Source: Octopus bimaculoides
Lineage: Eukaryota
DNA: 39,414 nucleotides
NCBI RefSeq assembly: GCF_001194135.2
Contig: NC_069003.1
Location: forward strand, 5,848,856-5,888,269
Direction: 5' to 3'
Position 1 is the first letter of the stretch. Each line of letters starts with the position of its first letter. This document shows positions 23,631-35,733 of this stretch, piece by piece. The notes under the pieces are model-generated. The model was not told the origin of the DNA, made no database searches, and saw only the letters and a program-made list of their open reading frames with translations. The translations under genes were made by a program, and so were the position numbers.

Positions 23631-24975
23631 TTACCTTTTTTTCTTTTTGTAATTAAAGCAATTGTTGGAGCATAAAACTGAAGTGAATGTAATATGAAAG
23701 GTTATATTAAATGAAATGAAGATTATATTGTAAAAGGATTGCAAAAGTTTATCGCAACAAAATTTATAAAAGAAACGTTGTGTAATCCAAATCCAAAATT
23801 TAGTCAATCCAAAATTTATCTATTTATTATATAGCAGCAGTAGATCCATTCCACGCAATCCAACATTGCTGTAGATCTTTGGGGAATATCAGGATTGGTT
23901 AATCAAAGTTGGATAAACAGAAACTATGCAGGTACCTGGAAGACGTGTGTGTATGTGTGGTTCTTAGAAATAGAATTGCTTCTTCCAGATCCTTCTTCAT
24001 AAAATCCCTTGAATGTAATTTGACTGGTTTCATTCAGTGTCAGAAACAGTCAAATTTAATATATGTGAAATAAGTAATTTTAAAATACATCACGATTTGT
24101 ATGTGGTTGAAGTTGTGCTCTGTATATTTTTATTGACTCCCCACCGCACTCTGGCTCCACCACCACCACCACCATCATCATTTAATGTTCATTATTTCTA
24201 TGCTTGCATGGATCAGATGGAATATGCTGAGGCAGATTTTCTGCAACTGGACGCCCTTCCCGTTGCCAATCCTCACCTGTTTCCAAGCAATGTAGTATTT
24301 CACCATGGAAGACTGAAACGAACAATATTACTTGTATGATGGTGATGCTCATTTACGATCATCACACACACAATGGGCTTCTTCTAGTTTCCACCTATCA
24401 AATCTAACAGCAAGGCATTGGTCATCCCAAAGCTGTAGTAGAAGACGCTTGCCCAAGGCGCTGCACATTGGGAATGAGCCCAAGACCACATGTTTGGGAA
24501 GCAACTTCTCAACAGCATCAACCACGCCCAGCACTTGTGGCCTAATTGTTTCCAGTTCCATCTCCACAGCCCGAAGTGTATGGAAACTGTGCAGAAGCCT
24601 GTCAGATGGATCGTATTTGTTGTTCAAAGGTAAAACTATGTCACACACACTTAGCTTGCGGATTACACTTCTTCTGTTTGTGGATTACCTTCTTCCAGTG
24701 CTTGGTAGGTTTGTGTCTCATAGAAGCTCTGAGATGTCCTTTATGTTATCAGTCTTTACCCCTACAATCTCCTCTTTGCAAGTATCCTCTACATCAGTGG
24801 TTCTCAGCTGGGGTTCATATGATCTTTGGGTGTCTGTATAAGATTTCCTTGTTAAAATTTATGTCCAGTAAATTGTTTATAACTCTATAATACACAAAAT
24901 GTTTTCACAATTTTTTAATTACAATTCAATAATATCTTTCAATAATTCTGCTTGTCATTCCCTTACCTCCTCTTC

Positions 24976-25432
24976 TTAATCCTTTAATATTTAAACTGGC
25001 CATATCTGGCCTCTCACACCTACCCTACAATGTCGTTCTAAAAATAAATGATCACATTGCCGTAATTCTTAAGCAACATGATAATGCATGATTAATTCAA
25101 AACAATGTGAATGAATAAGCATTGTGCTGCCTGACTGGCTCCCATGCCGGTGGCACGTAAAAAGCGCCATTCAAGCATGGTCAATGCTAGTACTGCCTGA
25201 CTAGCCCTTGTGCCAGTGGCATGTAAAAAGCACCCCTACACTCCGGAGTGGTTGGCGTTATGAAGGATATTCCAGCTGTAGAAACTTTGCCAGATTGGAG
25301 TGGAGCCTGGTGAAGCCTTCTGGCTTGCCAGCCCTCAGTCAAACCATCCAACCCATGCCAGCATGGAAAGCAGACGTTAAACAATGATGATGATATTGAG
25401 GATGATCTGAGAGAGTAATCCTAAAGGGTTAA
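24976..25432 (-). mobile_element. piggyBac-like MITE with TTAA at both ends, split by a nested retroposon
   Basis: TTAA at 24976-24979 and 25429-25432 (ctaaagggttaa). The body resumes after an insertion at ~25124-25404. Confidence 0.75.
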
Positions 25433-25884
25433 ATGTGAATTACAGCAAGAGATTTGTTTTGCTTTGCCCCCCCCCCTCCTCCTCTTATATTTGACCTTCA
25501 TTTTTAAGTGTCATGTCACTCTCCTCCTCAGAGTCTGTGGTCTTACAAACTGCATGAACTCACAAGTGCTAGCAACATGAAAAAAAAACACTTAGAACAC
25601 GTACAGTAGTTGGCATTTGGAATCTTCAGCCACAGAAACCATACTGAAGCAGACACTGGAGCACAATGCAGTCCTTGGATCCAGTCAAACCATCCAATGC
25701 ATGCCAGCATGGACATTTTACATGATGATGATGGTGGTGGTGGTGGTGGTGAGGAGCCATCTGTCTATCATAAATCCTGTTGGGACTGAAGTATGTCCAA
25801 CTTGTGTGCTCTCCTGATTGGTCGGTAGTCAAGTAGCTGAAGTTCATGTTACAGACGGTCATTTTGTTTGCATCACAGGGCTCT

Positions 25885-25997
25885 AGGCGCAGGCAGGGCT
25901 GTGTTATAAGAAGCTTGTCTGTGTGGCACTTTGAGCAAGCATCTTCTACTATAGGTCTTGAGCAGATCTGGCAGATGGGAACTGAGAGAAGACTGTC

Positions 25998-26032
<35 letters not shown>

Positions 26033-26235
26033 CGTAACTTTGTATTTCTGTCTCCTATCACCACCATTCCACAACCAGTGTTGGTCTGTTTACATCCCCG
26101 TAACTTAGCAGTGAAACACAAGAGACCAATAGAATAAGGCTTTAAAAAAAAAAAAGCCCTGGGGTTGATTCATTCGACTAAAAGTTTTTCAAGGTGGTGC
26201 TTTAGCATGGCCGCAGCAAGTAAAGGTAAAAGAAG
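25885..26235 (+). mobile_element. SINE family A, near full length
   Basis: Family head, (TA)n middle and tail. Confidence 0.8.
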
Positions 26236-26569
26236 TCGATAATTACTTTGTTGCATACTATGGCTGATTATTTAACGTCTGTTTTCCATGCTGATATGGG
26301 TCAGACAGTTTGACAAGAGCTGGTTATCTGGAGAGCTGCACTAGGCTCCAATTGTCTGTTTTGGTAAGGTTTTTCTGGTTGGATGCCCTGTTTAATGCCA
26401 ACCACTTTACAGAGTGTACTGGATGCTTTCTATGTGGCACCAGCACTTTATCTATTCACTATCCCCAGTTTGCCTAACTCACCTAACCCACCAGTGCTGT
26501 AGATCTAGGGGGGGGGCACACACAAGAAGGGAACCAAATACCAGAAGGTCTTTTAGTTTGATGTGCCAA

Positions 26570-27501
26570 TTCTGACATCCTCCACAGAACACACACACGT
26601 GGTTGTGTGGTTAAGAAAGCTACTTCACAACCCTATGGTCTTGAGTTCAGTCTCACCATGTGGCACCTTGGGCAAGTGTCTTTTAGCCCCAGGCTATCTA
26701 ATGCCTTGCGAGTGAATTCGATAGACAGGAATTTTACAAAGCTAGTTGTGCATTAAAGCTGGGTGGACAGAAACTATGCAGAAGCCCAGAGGATGTATCT
26801 GTGTGTGTTCATTTGTTGTTCCCCCCCCCCCNNNNNNNNNNNNNNNNNNNNNNNNNNNNNNNNNNNNNNNNNNNNNNNNNNNGGGTTAGATGAATTCATA
26901 TAACAGAGATTTTGTTTCACATCAGACACCCTTCCTGTCTCTACTCCTTATCTCTTATTTCTTTTTAAGTAAGGGAGTTTTCAGTCTACTTCTCTTTGAA
27001 AGGACAGAGTTCCTGGGCTATTTGTTGACCAGGAAATGTCGAAAATGACACCATCTGAAACCCAACTTCGCATAGAAAGGAAACATCCACACGCACACAC
27101 AGATGAGAGACTTTGTTCAGACAATTTTTGTTTATCAGATTCACTCACAAGGCGTCAGTCAGTTCAAGGTCTTAGTAGAAGATACTTACTCAAGCTACCA
27201 CAACAGTGAAACTGAATTTAAGACCTGATAAGGTTGTGAAGTAGACTTCCTGGCCACCACACATCCGTGTGTCCTCTGGGCTTCTGCATAGTTTCTGTCC
27301 ACCCAGCTTTAATGCACAACTAGCTTTGTAAAGTTCCTGTCTATTGAATTCACTCGCAACGCATTAGATAGCCTGGGGCTAAAAGACACTTGCCCAAGGT
27401 GCCACATGGTGAGACTGAACTCAAGACCATAGGGTTGTGAAGTAGCTTTCTTAACCACACAACCACGTGTGTGTGTGTGTGTTCTGTGGAGGATGTCAGA
27501 A
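26570..27501. repeat. Local inverted duplication with arms 26570-26793 and 27272-27501
   Basis: The arms are reverse complements with 3 substitutions plus a (CA)n length difference. The 478-nt spacer contains gap 26832-26882. Confidence 0.9.
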
Positions 27502-28801
27502 ATGGTCCCATCATTATTTCCATGCTGGCAAATTTTTGACAGCCAGATGCCCCTCCAGGCGCCTACTCTCTCACCTGTTTCCAATTTAGGCACTGTTTGC
27601 CCCTGGCCAGACATGTTTTCACAGAATATTGGAAATGAATGACATTGCATATATGACAGTGATACATCAAGTGATGTGTCACTATCACATGATGTCAAGG
27701 CAACGAGACACACACACACGCACATGTATGCATATTACATATATAATATATATATAAATAGTTACTAACAAGGAATTGTCAATCCAAGCAAAATATTTCA
27801 CAAACTCTCAATTAGTACAAATACACCAAGCTAACAAAATGTTTTCAGATTATGCCTTTTTTTCATATTCCACCCGTTTTCTGTTGAAACTGGTTAAATG
27901 TGGCCTCTCACACCAACCCTGCAATGTCATACTAAAAATAAACATTCACATCTATTGAAACCTCAAAGCTATTAGATAGTGAATGATTACTTCAAGACTA
28001 TGTGAATAAATAAGCTTTACATTTGAGGGAGATTTGGTTGCTATTTCTAACAAGCCAAACAACCTTGTAGTTTATATCAGACCCCAATGATATGATGGCT
28101 TGAACAACCATTTAGGGGCACCGTTGTTGTTCGTTGGTATGACCAAATAATAGAGGCACCTTTGTTTGTTGATGGCACAATAGATAAACTGGATTTCTTT
28201 ATGACGACAGAGATGTATCAAGTTGCTTGTGAGGAAACAATCAGCATTGTTTTCTCTCCCACTCTTTAACATGAATTACATTGAGAGAAAGAGAGAGAGA
28301 GAGAGTAGGATAGATGGAAGGAAGGGGAGGAGGATATCTTTACAAATAGTTTTCATTCTTCCTCCTCCACCTTTCTTTTAAGTGTTCCTGTTCATGGCTT
28401 GAAATATCTGACTGAAGTAGTAGCCTCCTTGAAAGTAAAATACTATTTCTGTCATCATCATCACCACCACCACCACCACCATCATCATCACCACCATTAT
28501 GATCCCTAATATGATCCTGACCACCATCATCATCATTATCTCCAGCAACATCTTCATTGTTGAACCAATGGGAGTGCACTTACACGGCAACCCAATCTAT
28601 TAGAAATACCAGCTAAATCTCTTTTGACTCATACCCTGCCATCTTTAAAACAATAAAAGGAAGGACATAATGGTTCTAAGATTACCTGTCTTAAAAGACA
28701 GGATTATCATCAATGGGAAGTCTTTGATTTTCAGTCTGACCTAGGGTTAAACACCAAGTTCTCATTTGAAGGTGACCCTAAGATATTACCAACCCTTTGT
28801 T

Positions 28802-28872
28802 TAAGACCCACCATGGAGTTCTGTTCCCACATCTGGGGTAGCATTAAGGTGCTTCACACAGATAGACATACT
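28802..28872 (+). mobile_element. CR1/L2/Jockey-group LINE ORF2 fragment
   Basis: Translates RPTMEFCSHIWG, matching the post-RT motif vRP.lEYcs.iW. Confidence 0.5.
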
Positions 28873-29199
28873 TGACCCTCGTGTGTTGACTCCTTCCACA
28901 TCTGGATCAGGACTTTTGCTACACACAGACATCCTAGACCAGGATCCCAACCTGGGGTCCTGATACAACTTATGCAGATGCAAGATGGCATAGCAAAGGG
29001 TGTGACAACAAGAGAAAATATATCGTCATCATTTAACATCCACTTTTCCATGCTTGCATGGGTCAGACGGAATTTGTTGAGGCAGATTTGCTATGACTGA
29101 ATGCCCTTCCTGTTATCAACATTCACCTAAGGACACAGCCTGTACGATGATGGTGCTCACCTATCACAACCACATGATATTAAGACAAAGGGACACCAA

Positions 29200-29230
<31 letters not shown>

Positions 29231-29704
29231 TCTCATGCACACACATACACACATGATGAGCTTCTTTCAGCTTCTATCTATCAAATTTTACTGTTAAGGC
29301 TTTGATTGACCCAGGGCTATTATCATCATCATTCTTTAATGTCTGCCTTCCATGCTGGCATGGGTTGGACGGTTTGACCATGTGGTTTTACCACACAGCC
29401 ATGCCTAGACAATTTATGCACCAAATACATCCCTTAACAGTTTGTTTCTTAAAACATTTTATATACATATATATATATATATATATAAAGACACTTGCCC
29501 AAGGTGTTGCATGATGGCTCTGAACCCAGAACCAAGTGGTTGGGAAGCAAGCTTTTTAACCACACAGCCATGTCCAGAAAATATATACGTAATTAAAATC
29601 ATTTTTCAGAATAAAATCATTAACCCAAATTGTTCAACTCAATTGCTTTCCCATCATTATAGAGGCCTTCTGAGTGGGTTTCTCTTGGCTATCACTTGGC
29701 AACA

Positions 29705-30010
29705 GCAAGGGTCTACTTGATGTTTGTGAACCTCCAGCGTGCACCACCCAGTGAAACTTCTGCTTTTAGTGTTCTGCAATTACATTTATGCACTCTGCTC
29801 TGTTCTCCAATTACCTCATTTCATGCTCCCACTACAACATTTCTTTTATAGACCTTTCCATGGTCCTTTGTGTCGTAACCAATTGAAGTCTTTGTGGTAG
29901 TCCGCATTTCATTTGCATATAAGAGCATGGCTAGTTCATACCATTCAAGTGACTATGCCACCATATTCGATCTTGTCTAGCTTTCCTTTGAGCACAAGTT
30001 TCAGTGAAGT
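29705..30010 (-). mobile_element. RTE-clade LINE ORF2 C-terminal fragment, degenerate
   Basis: With frameshifts, the minus strand gives ALLYANEMRTT / LVTTQRTMERS / NEVIGEQSRV / NVIAEH*KQKFHW, paralleling recalled RTE AMLYASETW..LVTTQRAMERS..NEVIREQSGV..KQKFRWAGH. Confidence 0.7.
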
Positions 30011-30060
30011 AAATGCTTTTTATCCAGCTTTCTGTATCCATACTAAAAGTATGGATCCTG

Positions 30061-30093
<33 letters not shown>

Positions 30094-30309
30094 GTATATA
30101 TATGTATNNNNNNNNNNNNNNNNNNNNNNNNNNNNNNNNNNNNNNNNNNNNNNNNNNNNNNNNNNNNNNNNNNNNNNNNNNNNNNNNNNNNNNNNNNNNN
30201 NNNNNNNTATATATATATATATATGTATGTATATATATATATATATGTATATATGTAGTGCAGATCAGGATGTATGGGTATGTATGTGTGTGTTTGTATA
30301 TATATATAA

Positions 30310-30635
30310 AGTGAAGGCACGTAGCTTAATGGTGAGGACAATTAGCTCACAGTCATTGAGTTGTGTCTTTGATTCTTAGTGGGGTGTTGAGTCCTTGAGC
30401 AAGACACTTTATTTCTCTCGCTCCAGCCTGCTTAGCTGGCAAAAATGAGTGCTACCTGTATTTCAAAGGACCAGCCTTCACACACTCTGTGTCATGCTGT
30501 CTCTTCCTGAAAACTATGTTAAGTGTTTGCATGTCTGTGGAGTGCTCAGCCACTTTCATGTTAATCTCAGGAGCAAGCTGGTTTCTCTGATTGGACCAAC
30601 TGGGACCCTCATCATCATAACCAATGGAGTGCAAG
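30310..30635 (+). mobile_element. SINE family C
   Basis: Collinear with 19280-19585. Confidence 0.8.
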
Positions 30636-31945
30636 TTATGCATGTAATAGGCTGGGTGTGACAAATCTAATATCAGACTCTCAGAATGTGGTGAGATATT
30701 ATTAGCCTTTTAGTGTCCAAATTACTCTTTAATTGTAAACAGAAGTTGATCTGGTTAAGAAGTTTGCTTCTCAATCACCAGCTTCCAGGTTCAATCCCAT
30801 TGTGTTGCACCATAGGCAAGCATCTGGTACCACACCATGGACAAGTTGTCATTGTTTAGACCCAAGTTAGCTGTAATCCCTGATATTGTGCACAGGTGTT
30901 GGTGCCACATACAAAGCACCCAGCCATAGAAATCATGCCAAAACAGACAATGAGGCCTGATGTGGCCCCTGACCTTACCAGCTCCAGTCAATGCATCCAA
31001 CCCATGCCAGCATGGAAAAGGGATGTTAAATGATGATGATGATATCTGTTGATTCACCAAAAGCAAAGCAGGGTAGGTTGACCCACTGATGATTGGAAAT
31101 GAGTAACTCTGAGTACTAGAAATTGGAGACTTTCAATTATAATGTGTGTGTGAATGAATGACTCTATGAATGAATGAGTGGTGTGTGGTCTAGTGAATAG
31201 GTTTATTGGTCTCATTGTCATAAGATTGCTGGTTTAATCCCAGGGCTGGGTGTCCTTGAGCAAGGCACTACATTTTGCCTTGTTGCTATGGTACTTAGCT
31301 GTAAATGAGTATCAGCTGAGTGTAGTTCTCCCTCTCTCTCTCTCTGTCTCTCCAGATGCCCTTCTGGGTAACATGTAGGAGGGGCCAAGAGGGTGAAAAT
31401 GGATTGTTCATGACTGGATTGGCACCCAAAACATTTAGCAGAAGCATGATATATGTTAAATGTGTGTGTGTAAATGTCGAATCTGATATTTTGACACGAC
31501 ACAACAGGAATCCGTTTCCTTCTGCAACAACCACTGAGTCAAGGTTTCTTTGCCCACCACTTCCTACCCATCCACTCTGCACACTCAACACCAATCACAG
31601 AGACCTCAGGATAGATGGTGGTGTCCCCACTCCTCTCACTAGAACTACACTGAAATAAATTTACTCTGTTCATCATCAGAAGAAAGTATTATCAAACACA
31701 CAACTTGTTTAACTTAAAAAAAAAAACCCACCACCACCACCCCCACTACCGCTCCTTAACTCATGTTGCTGCCATTGCCTTTCTTTCCATGGCAATTAGG
31801 ATTGCATTGAGAGAGAGAGAGAGAGAGAGAGAAATCACACACATTTACACAGCTACTTTGCTTGGTACTTTATATTTGTGTTTCAAAAATACTGGGTCAG
31901 TCAATTAGGATTGGTTTTTAAACTTCTGTTGAAAGGATTGTGTGA

Positions 31946-31959
<14 letters not shown>

Positions 31960-31994
<35 letters not shown>

Positions 31995-32231
31995 ATGTAT
32001 GTATATGTGTGTGTGTGTGTGTGTGTATGTATATATGTGTGTGTGTGTGTATGTATATATGTGTGTGTGTGTGTGTATGTATATATGTGTGTGTGTGTNN
32101 NNNNNNNNTATGTATATATGTGTGTGTGTGTGTGTATGTATATATGTGTGTGTGTGTATGTATATATGTGTGTGTGTGTGTATGTATATATGTGTGTGTG
32201 TGTGTATGTATATATGTGTGTGTGTATGTAA

Positions 32232-32263
<32 letters not shown>
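31960..32263. repeat. Higher-order microsatellite (TGTATGTATATATG(TG)n) with a 10-N gap
   Basis: A ~20-24 bp super-unit repeats about 11 times. Confidence 0.9.
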
Positions 32264-32265
<2 letters not shown>

Positions 32266-32984
32266 CAACAAAGTTGTTTTCATTCTTTAATGACATATGG
32301 ATGATTGTTTAGGAAATATTTTTGATAAGAACTTCATCATTTTTTCTCTTCTCTTTCTTTCACAAAACAATTTCCTTATGAAAACAATAAAGGTCCCTTC
32401 AGTTTGTTTGTTTTATCAGTTGTGAGACTTTGCCCATGCTAGGGCACTGACTTGAAGAATTTTTAATCAAATAATCTTTTTAAAGGCTGGTACTTATTCT
32501 ATCAGTCTCCTTTGCTGAAGTGCTAAGTTACAGGGACGTAAACACACCAACACCGGTTTGTCAAGTGGTGATGAGGAACAAACACACACATACATATGAT
32601 GGGCTTCATTCAGTTTCCATCTACCATATCCACTCACAAGGTTTTGGTCTGCTTGAGGTTAGAGAAGACACTTGCTCAAGGTGCCATGCCTGTTTTTTAG
32701 TTTTAATTTTTTTTATTCTTTAGTCTTGGTTCCCAATGTTTGACCCTATTTACTACTGCAACTGTTACAAAAATTGTTACCCAGGCATGGTTGTGTGGTT
32801 AAGAAGCTCTCTTTGCAAGCACATGGCTTCAGGTTCAGTCCTACAACACAGCATCTAGGACAAATGTCTCTTACTATATAGCCCCAGACCAACAAATGCT
32901 TTGTGGAGTTGTAAGTGAATTTGGTTGACAGAAACTCTATAGTAGATGTGTGTGTGTGTGTGTAGGTTTTGAACAACTGACCCT

Positions 32985-33150
32985 GAATGGGAAAATCTGC
33001 AAACAGATCTCTGACTTGTTTTGGAGAATTTGTTGCAATTGCTTCCTCCAGAGTCATTTCCCATTGAATTGATGGAGAATTTGCTGCTATTTCTAGCATT
33101 TCAAGTGATGTGGCTAACATACAAGCTACCTCACGGAAGACAGAAGCTGT
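32985..33150 (-). mobile_element. Possible Helitron Rep/helicase fragment
   Basis: VFREVAC...QWEMTLEEAIATNSPKQVRDLFA resembles the recalled Helitron segment TFREAC..LGLLEND.QWD.T(M/L)EEA....SPKQLR.LFA. Confidence 0.45.
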
Positions 33151-33344
33151 ATGGGTCGGGGCAGGAGTGTGCAGCTGCATGAGTTAAGGAGTGGTGGTAA
33201 GTTGTATGTTTAGTACTGTCTTCTGACCGAGCTCCATTTGTTGCTCATGTTGAGGTTATGTGAGAAGGAAGAAGCTTTGACTCATTGGTTACTGAGTGGA
33301 GAAACAGTCATGTGTTAAGATATCAAACTACAGGCATACATTTT

Positions 33345-33880
33345 TACTGGGTCATCCCATAAATAATGCAGGTTTTTTTTTATACTTCTATCATTTAAAA
33401 AAATTAAGATGAAGTTCTTTTTTAATCTAAAATATACTCCCCTTCATTTTCTACAATGCTCTTCCATTCTGTCTGGTAGACTTGCAAGGCTCCTCTTCCA
33501 AAATTCACTTATCCGTGTCGAAAAATACTCCTCCAGAACTGTTCTGATCTTGTCTAAAGAATTCATATTTTATCTGTCCAAATGATTTCAAAGACTGCAG
33601 AATAAATGATAATCAGATGGGGCAATATCCAGTGAATATGGTGGGTGGGGCACTGTTTCCCATTGAAACTGTTCCAGTCTTTGGAATGGTCATCCTCGCT
33701 GCATGTGGCTGAGCATTATCCTGATGGAAGAACGCCTTTCGTCTTGAAACCAAAGGTGGTTGTTTTTCTTCTCTTGCTGACTTAAGCTGCTCACAGTAGA
33801 TCTCCTTTGATATCATTTGGTTTGGGTTTAAAAGTTGAACTTTTAAACCTTTCATATCCCACCGAACAGATAACAGCACC
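33345..33880 (-). pseudogene. Mariner transposase pseudogene, C-terminal half plus TIR
   Basis: The minus strand gives RRKAFFHQDNAQPHAARMT, then after a frameshift QRLEQFQWETVPHPPYSLDIAPSDYHLF (mariner HDNA and YSPDLAPSD motifs). It has internal stops and a terminus tactgggtcatcccataaataatgc. Confidence 0.88.
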
Positions 33881-33984
33881 TTGAATAAGGTGCCATGCAG
33901 AGGGACTGAACTGAAAACCCTGTGGTTGAAAAGCAAAGTCTGTAAGCACACAGCCCTAACTCAATGTCTGTCTGTCTTTTGCAG

Positions 33985-34125
33985 TTACCAGTGTCAAATT
34001 TGCCAATGATGATAAATCGAGGGTAGCATGTTCATCCACAGACGGTACTCTATCCATCTGCCAACTCATACCACCTCCAGCAACAGTCATTTGCATGTTA
34101 CGGGGTCACGGCAGTGGGATAACAG
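33985..34125 (+). CDS. WDR13: WD repeat protein 13, internal coding exon B (141 nt, phase 1-1)
   Basis: Acceptor tgtcttttgcag| and donor |gtaagt. Translates (V)[46 protein letters not shown](D), versus recalled human [42 protein letters not shown]. In frame with exon A. Confidence 0.94.
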
Positions 34126-34214
34126 GTAAGTTTTCATTTTATATTCATTATCATTTGATCCTTCTCATACTAACCTTGTTTGATTCTATCATAGAAAATT
34201 TGTGTTTAAACGTA

Positions 34215-34518
34215 TTCTAAATTAATACCTTCCATGAAAATGTTGTGTTAATTTATGTTCCAATCACCAGCTTAATAATGAAAAAGTAATTTTAATAAAT
34301 TCTTCTGTATTTTCAAAACTTATTGAAAGAAATATGGAAGCAAATGGGTTAAAATGATCTCAATTTAATCCTTCCATCAAAATTTCATGTTAATTTATGG
34401 TCCAAATACCTATTTCATAATGACAAAGTTATTTCACTAAATTCTTCATTATTTTCAAAACTAATTGAAAGAAAGGTGGTGTCTTTCAAGAGAAATAATG
34501 GTAACATAAAGAGCTGAA
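34215..34518. repeat. AT-rich element with two ~105-bp internal direct copies (34228 and 34370), filling most of the 478-nt intron
   Basis: ccttccat.aaaat.t..tgttaatttatg.tccaa...aaattcttc...tattttcaaaact.attgaaagaaa occurs twice. Confidence 0.55.
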
Positions 34519-34603
34519 GAATTTGGATTTGTTTTTGTAGAAGTAAAGGAATTTTCTTTCCTGTTTCCATCATATTTTTTTTTTGTTTTATTTTCCCTAA
34601 CAG

Positions 34604-34770
34604 ATTTTTCTTGGTCCTCATCAAATGACATCATCCTCTCCGTTTCCTTGGATGGTACTGCTCGTTTGTGGGATGTGGCAGCGGGCAGCTGCATCCGTGT
34701 CATTGAAGACGGCAGTGGGGCTGAGCTGCTCTGTTGCCATTTCCAGCCGTTAAACAATAACATGTTTGTT
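34604..34770 (+). CDS. WDR13: WD repeat protein 13, internal coding exon C (167 nt, phase 1 to 0)
   Basis: Acceptor ttttccctaacag|. Translates (D)[55 protein letters not shown], containing the WD40 [10 protein letters not shown] motif; human has [23 protein letters not shown]...AELLCCTFQPVNNNL. Donor is GTATCCTTT (U12 type). Confidence 0.94.
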
Positions 34771-35351
34771 GTATCCTTTGCAAATAATAACAAAACGTAA
34801 CACACCAGAAAATACAACAGCTACAAGCAAGAAGATCTTATCCTCTATCTTCTATACATACATGCATATACAAGTTAATGAGCACAATTGCTACATGGTC
34901 AGTCATCTTGCCAGAAATAACAGCCAAATCGCTTTCAGACCCTATTGTCATTTCTTTGTGTGTCTGTGTGTATTCTTTTAGTTGTTTCAGTCATCTTGAC
35001 TGCGTCTGTGCTGGAGCACCGCTTTTGGTTGGACAAATCGATCCCAGGACTTATTCTATCGATTTCTTTTGCGGAACCACTAAGTTACGGGGACATAAAC
35101 ACACCAGCATCGTTTGTCAAGCGATGGTAGGGGGGACAAACATAGACACACAAACATATACACACACACACAAACATATATATACACACACAACAGGCTT
35201 CTTTCAGTTTCCATCTACCAAAGTCACACACAAATCTTTGGTCGGCCTGAGGCTATAGTAGAAGACACTTGCCCAAAGTGCCATGCAGTGGGACTGAACC
35301 CAGAACCACGTGGTTGGTAAGCAAGCTACTTACTAAACAACCACTCTTGCA

Positions 35352-35386
<35 letters not shown>

Positions 35387-35685
35387 TTTTGGTGCGAATG
35401 GTTTTTATATGGCACCATGTTTTGCAATCCTGTAAATAATAATAATAATGGTATTTTTATAGAAGCTTAAAGATTATGGCGATCACCGTGCAATGACTAA
35501 GGAAAATAGTCTAATAAGGGGGCATATAAGCCCTCGACATAAAAGAGAAGGCTTTCCTATCCGCATGGGATGNNNNNNNNNNNNNNNNNNNNNNNNNNNN
35601 NNNNNNNNNNNNNNNNNNNNNNNNNNNNNNNNNNNNNNNNNNNNNNNNNNNNNNNNNNNNNNNNNNNNNNNNNNNNNNNNNNNNN

Positions 35686-35733
<48 letters not shown>

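Larger units (their letters stand above)
20464..33984 (+). other. Large U2-type intron of WDR13 (13,521 nt), packed with transposon remnants
   Basis: GTGAGT...TTTTGCAG boundaries. Joining the flanking exons gives [12 protein letters not shown], collinear with orthologues. Confidence 0.85.

Noticed and set aside
2364-35685. N-runs at 2364-2373, 3163-3396, 26832-26882, 30108-30207, 32099-32108 and 35573-35685
   Set aside because: These are assembly gaps, mostly at microsatellites. Hidden short exons cannot be excluded, but the WDR13 frame from exon A to exon E is complete without them.
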